Origin: Intoshia linei
Taxonomy: Eukaryota; Animalia; Orthonectida
DNA: 40,817 nt
Reading direction: 5' to 3'
NCBI GenBank assembly: GCA_001642005.1
Contig: LWCA01000198.1
Span: 1-40,817 of the forward strand
This document shows positions 38,647-40,817 of this stretch, one piece after another. The notes beneath the pieces are model-generated. The model searched no databases. It was not told the origin of the DNA and saw nothing but the letters and a program-made list of their open reading frames with translations. How positions within the stretch are numbered: position 1 is the stretch's first letter; each line of letters opens with the position of its first letter. A program made the translations under genes and the position numbers.

Positions 38647-39911
38647 ATGGATGGAAACAATGCTCAATTAAACCAATATGAAAAATCTTTAGCCGGTATT
38701 ATTATTATTTTACATCTTTGTCTAAATTTTTTCTTAATCATGAATCATGTTATAATTAAATTAAAACATTTAAGGCGTTTTTATGTGACACGGCAGCAGT
38801 TTAATTCACACTTTTGATACGTACAATGTGTATTTTACTCACATATGTCAACTAACTAAAATTCATTTTAATCCATTCACAGACTGCGTATTCTATAGTA
38901 TAGAATCTATACTATACACAGCATAATTTTGAAAAACTTTATTCTTTTATTTTCATACATTTTCACATGGGTAATTTAAAAATTATACAAGTTTAAATTA
39001 AAACATAAATTCTAGGCAGTGAAAGGGTTAAGCTTCTTTTACCCTAAAATGGCCGCGTGTGTCATCGTGTGTTGAATATTCCGCAATGTTCAACTTAGTT
39101 TTATTGTTTTATTTTATTAAAATTTTCATTTTTTTATTGAACATTAAAGTGTTTAGAGTAAATTTCATATTTAACTAAAAAAATCTTTATCTTTGTGTAG
39201 TAGTTTTATATTGGCATCTATGTTTTTATTTCTTTTTCTGTTTTAAATTATTAAAATATTTATAGTTTTATTAGATCTTGTTGCAGCATATAAACTACTT
39301 CAAAAACAAAATGAAACTTTACAAAGCACCTTGAATGTTATAATTGACAAACCCACCACAGTAATTATATAGTATATATATTAATTATAGAGTAGTGGTT
39401 CTCAAGTATTTCAAGTCGACCCTTTTATTCTTAATGTTATTAATATTTTTGAACCAATACTAAATTCAGTGTTTTCATGGTTATATTAATAAATAATTGG
39501 GTTTTAATACTTTTTAGATTTATTTGACATATAATCAATTTCCGACAAATCATCCCTATCTAAAAAAATAAACACCGATAAATAAAATAAAATGACCGAT
39601 TTTCCCCACAATGGGAATCACCATTTGATATCAGTGTTTCTTTAACTTTCACATTTACAAATTCAAAATATCATATTTTTTTCATCGTTTTGTAATAAAG
39701 AATATATCAAAAACTAGGAATTCATATGGAGTAATTGACTGAAATGAAAACCTATTTTTTAAATTGTTTAATTTAAATGTAGTTGCAAGAAAAACAATCT
39801 AATAGCGATATCAAATCTAAATATGAACTTTTAAAGTTGAATTTAGCAAAAACATCGTCACAATTAGCTAATATGCAATCTTGTTACGGTGTAGAAAGAA
39901 AAGCGATTCTT
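38647..39911 (+). CDS. GCC1: GCC1/GCC88-like GRIP golgin, first three exons; continues beyond window
   Basis: Spliced MDGNNAQLNQYEKSLA|DLVAAYKLLQKQNETLQSTLNVI and LKLNLAKTSSQLANMQSCYGVERKAI resemble the GCC88 N-terminal blocks (QLLQYQARLKDVVRAYKSL..; LATVTQEKSRMEASYLADKK), recalled from memory. Confidence 0.65.
38872..39027. mobile_element. piggyBac-type MITE
   Basis: TTAA|tccattcacagac ... ggcagtgaaaggg|TTAA. Confidence 0.75.
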
Positions 39912-40180
39912 GTAATTTTTAATTGATATTTTTTGTAAATTATACTAAACCTTATAATTAGTATACTCCATCACACCAATTTTGCAATTATTAGAAACTA
40001 GTCTCAGTGATACTCTAAGTGTCTAAATTTGTTATGTATTAATCAGCGAAGCAAGATTTATCGTAGGCTAAAAAAAATAATAAAATGGGCCGAGTTAATT
40101 TGTAAAAATTTACCTTTTTCGTTTATATGTAGATATGAAAATCTCAACAATTTTGTAAAACAATAAATATATATTATATT

Positions 40181-40817
40181 CTATACATCTATCAAGATTT
40201 CATTATTCATCATAACCTCGTAAATTTTTGAATTAAATGATTTATGTAGCCTTATAATCATGTATTTTTTATTTAAAATTATTTCCTGGACAATATGAAA
40301 TATTTTCTGCCATACATGCATTTTTGAATTAAATTTTGAACCATCATATAGCTGATTCTTCATAATTGACCATAGATTTTTTATTGGGGATATATCAGGA
40401 GAATAAGGAGGCCAACCTAATAATTTTATTGATTCAGCAGCAAACCTTTCCCTTGTTTTTTTGATCACATGAGGTCTAGCATTATATTGTTGAAAGACAA
40501 AGCCAGGAACTATGTTACTTAGTTGAGTAAATGTATCTTCAAATAAATTTTTTTTATAAGAATCGCTATCTGCAGTATGGCCCAATTTCCTAATCATAAC
40601 TTTCCCGCAAGATTTTAAACAACCCCAAAGCATCATGGATCCACCTTAAAATGCTCTTTTTCGGAGTTTTAATGATTTCCACGACATGAGATTATCACTT
40701 CCATCTAAAGAAAATTAAAAAAAGGTTGCGTACAAAATTTAGGTGGCCATTCTTTTTTGCATTAGTCAATGTCAGTTTTTGCAATGAACGTCGATACTTC
40801 AAACCGCTATCATTAAG
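40181..40817 (-). pseudogene. Inactive Tc1/mariner (DD34E-type) transposase remnant, probably inside a GCC1 intron
   Basis: Reads MLWGC, FQQYNARPH (from QDNAxxH, catalytic D to Y) and WPPYSPDISPIKNLW (from PIENLW, catalytic E to K). The upstream part has stops and frameshifts. Confidence 0.88.

Noticed and set aside
1-40817. Non-standard genetic code, tRNA or rRNA genes
   Set aside because: Apparent in-frame stops are explained by short introns, and no cloverleaf or rRNA-like segment was seen by eye. tRNAscan-SE and Infernal were not run.

Overview
Very AT-rich animal genomic DNA (roughly a quarter GC by eye) with spliceosomal GT-AG introns. Intron lengths fall into two classes: minimal introns of about 32-46 nt, and long introns filled with transposon debris. 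This style suggests a compact, fast-evolving invertebrate, possibly the orthonectid Intoshia; that is an inference, not a database result. The ORF track mostly shows exon fragments. Manual splicing gives these genes in order: divergent syntaxin-1-like Qa-SNARE (+, 5'-partial); full-length RIM/UNC-10 (-; zinc finger, PDZ, C2A, PxxP, C2B); ALYREF/THOC4 (+); SNX7/30-like PX-BAR sorting nexin (+); an intronless 198-aa orphan ORF (-); mitochondrial aspartyl-tRNA synthetase DARS2 (+); P5B-ATPase ATP13A (+); DDX20/Gemin3 (-); and the start of a GCC1/GCC88-like golgin (+). Introns hold many hAT/Buster MITEs with 8-bp TSDs, Tc1/pogo, piggyBac and Kolobok-like MITEs, MULE/foldback relics, a dead Tc1 transposase, and a non-autonomous Helitron family carrying a ~131-bp tandem repeat. 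I found no clearly new multi-gene system. The best leads are a Q-to-K change at the syntaxin zero layer, ATP13A and DDX20 stop codons only 1 nt apart, the repeat-bearing Helitron family, and a candidate micro-exon Cys-rich peptide gene.
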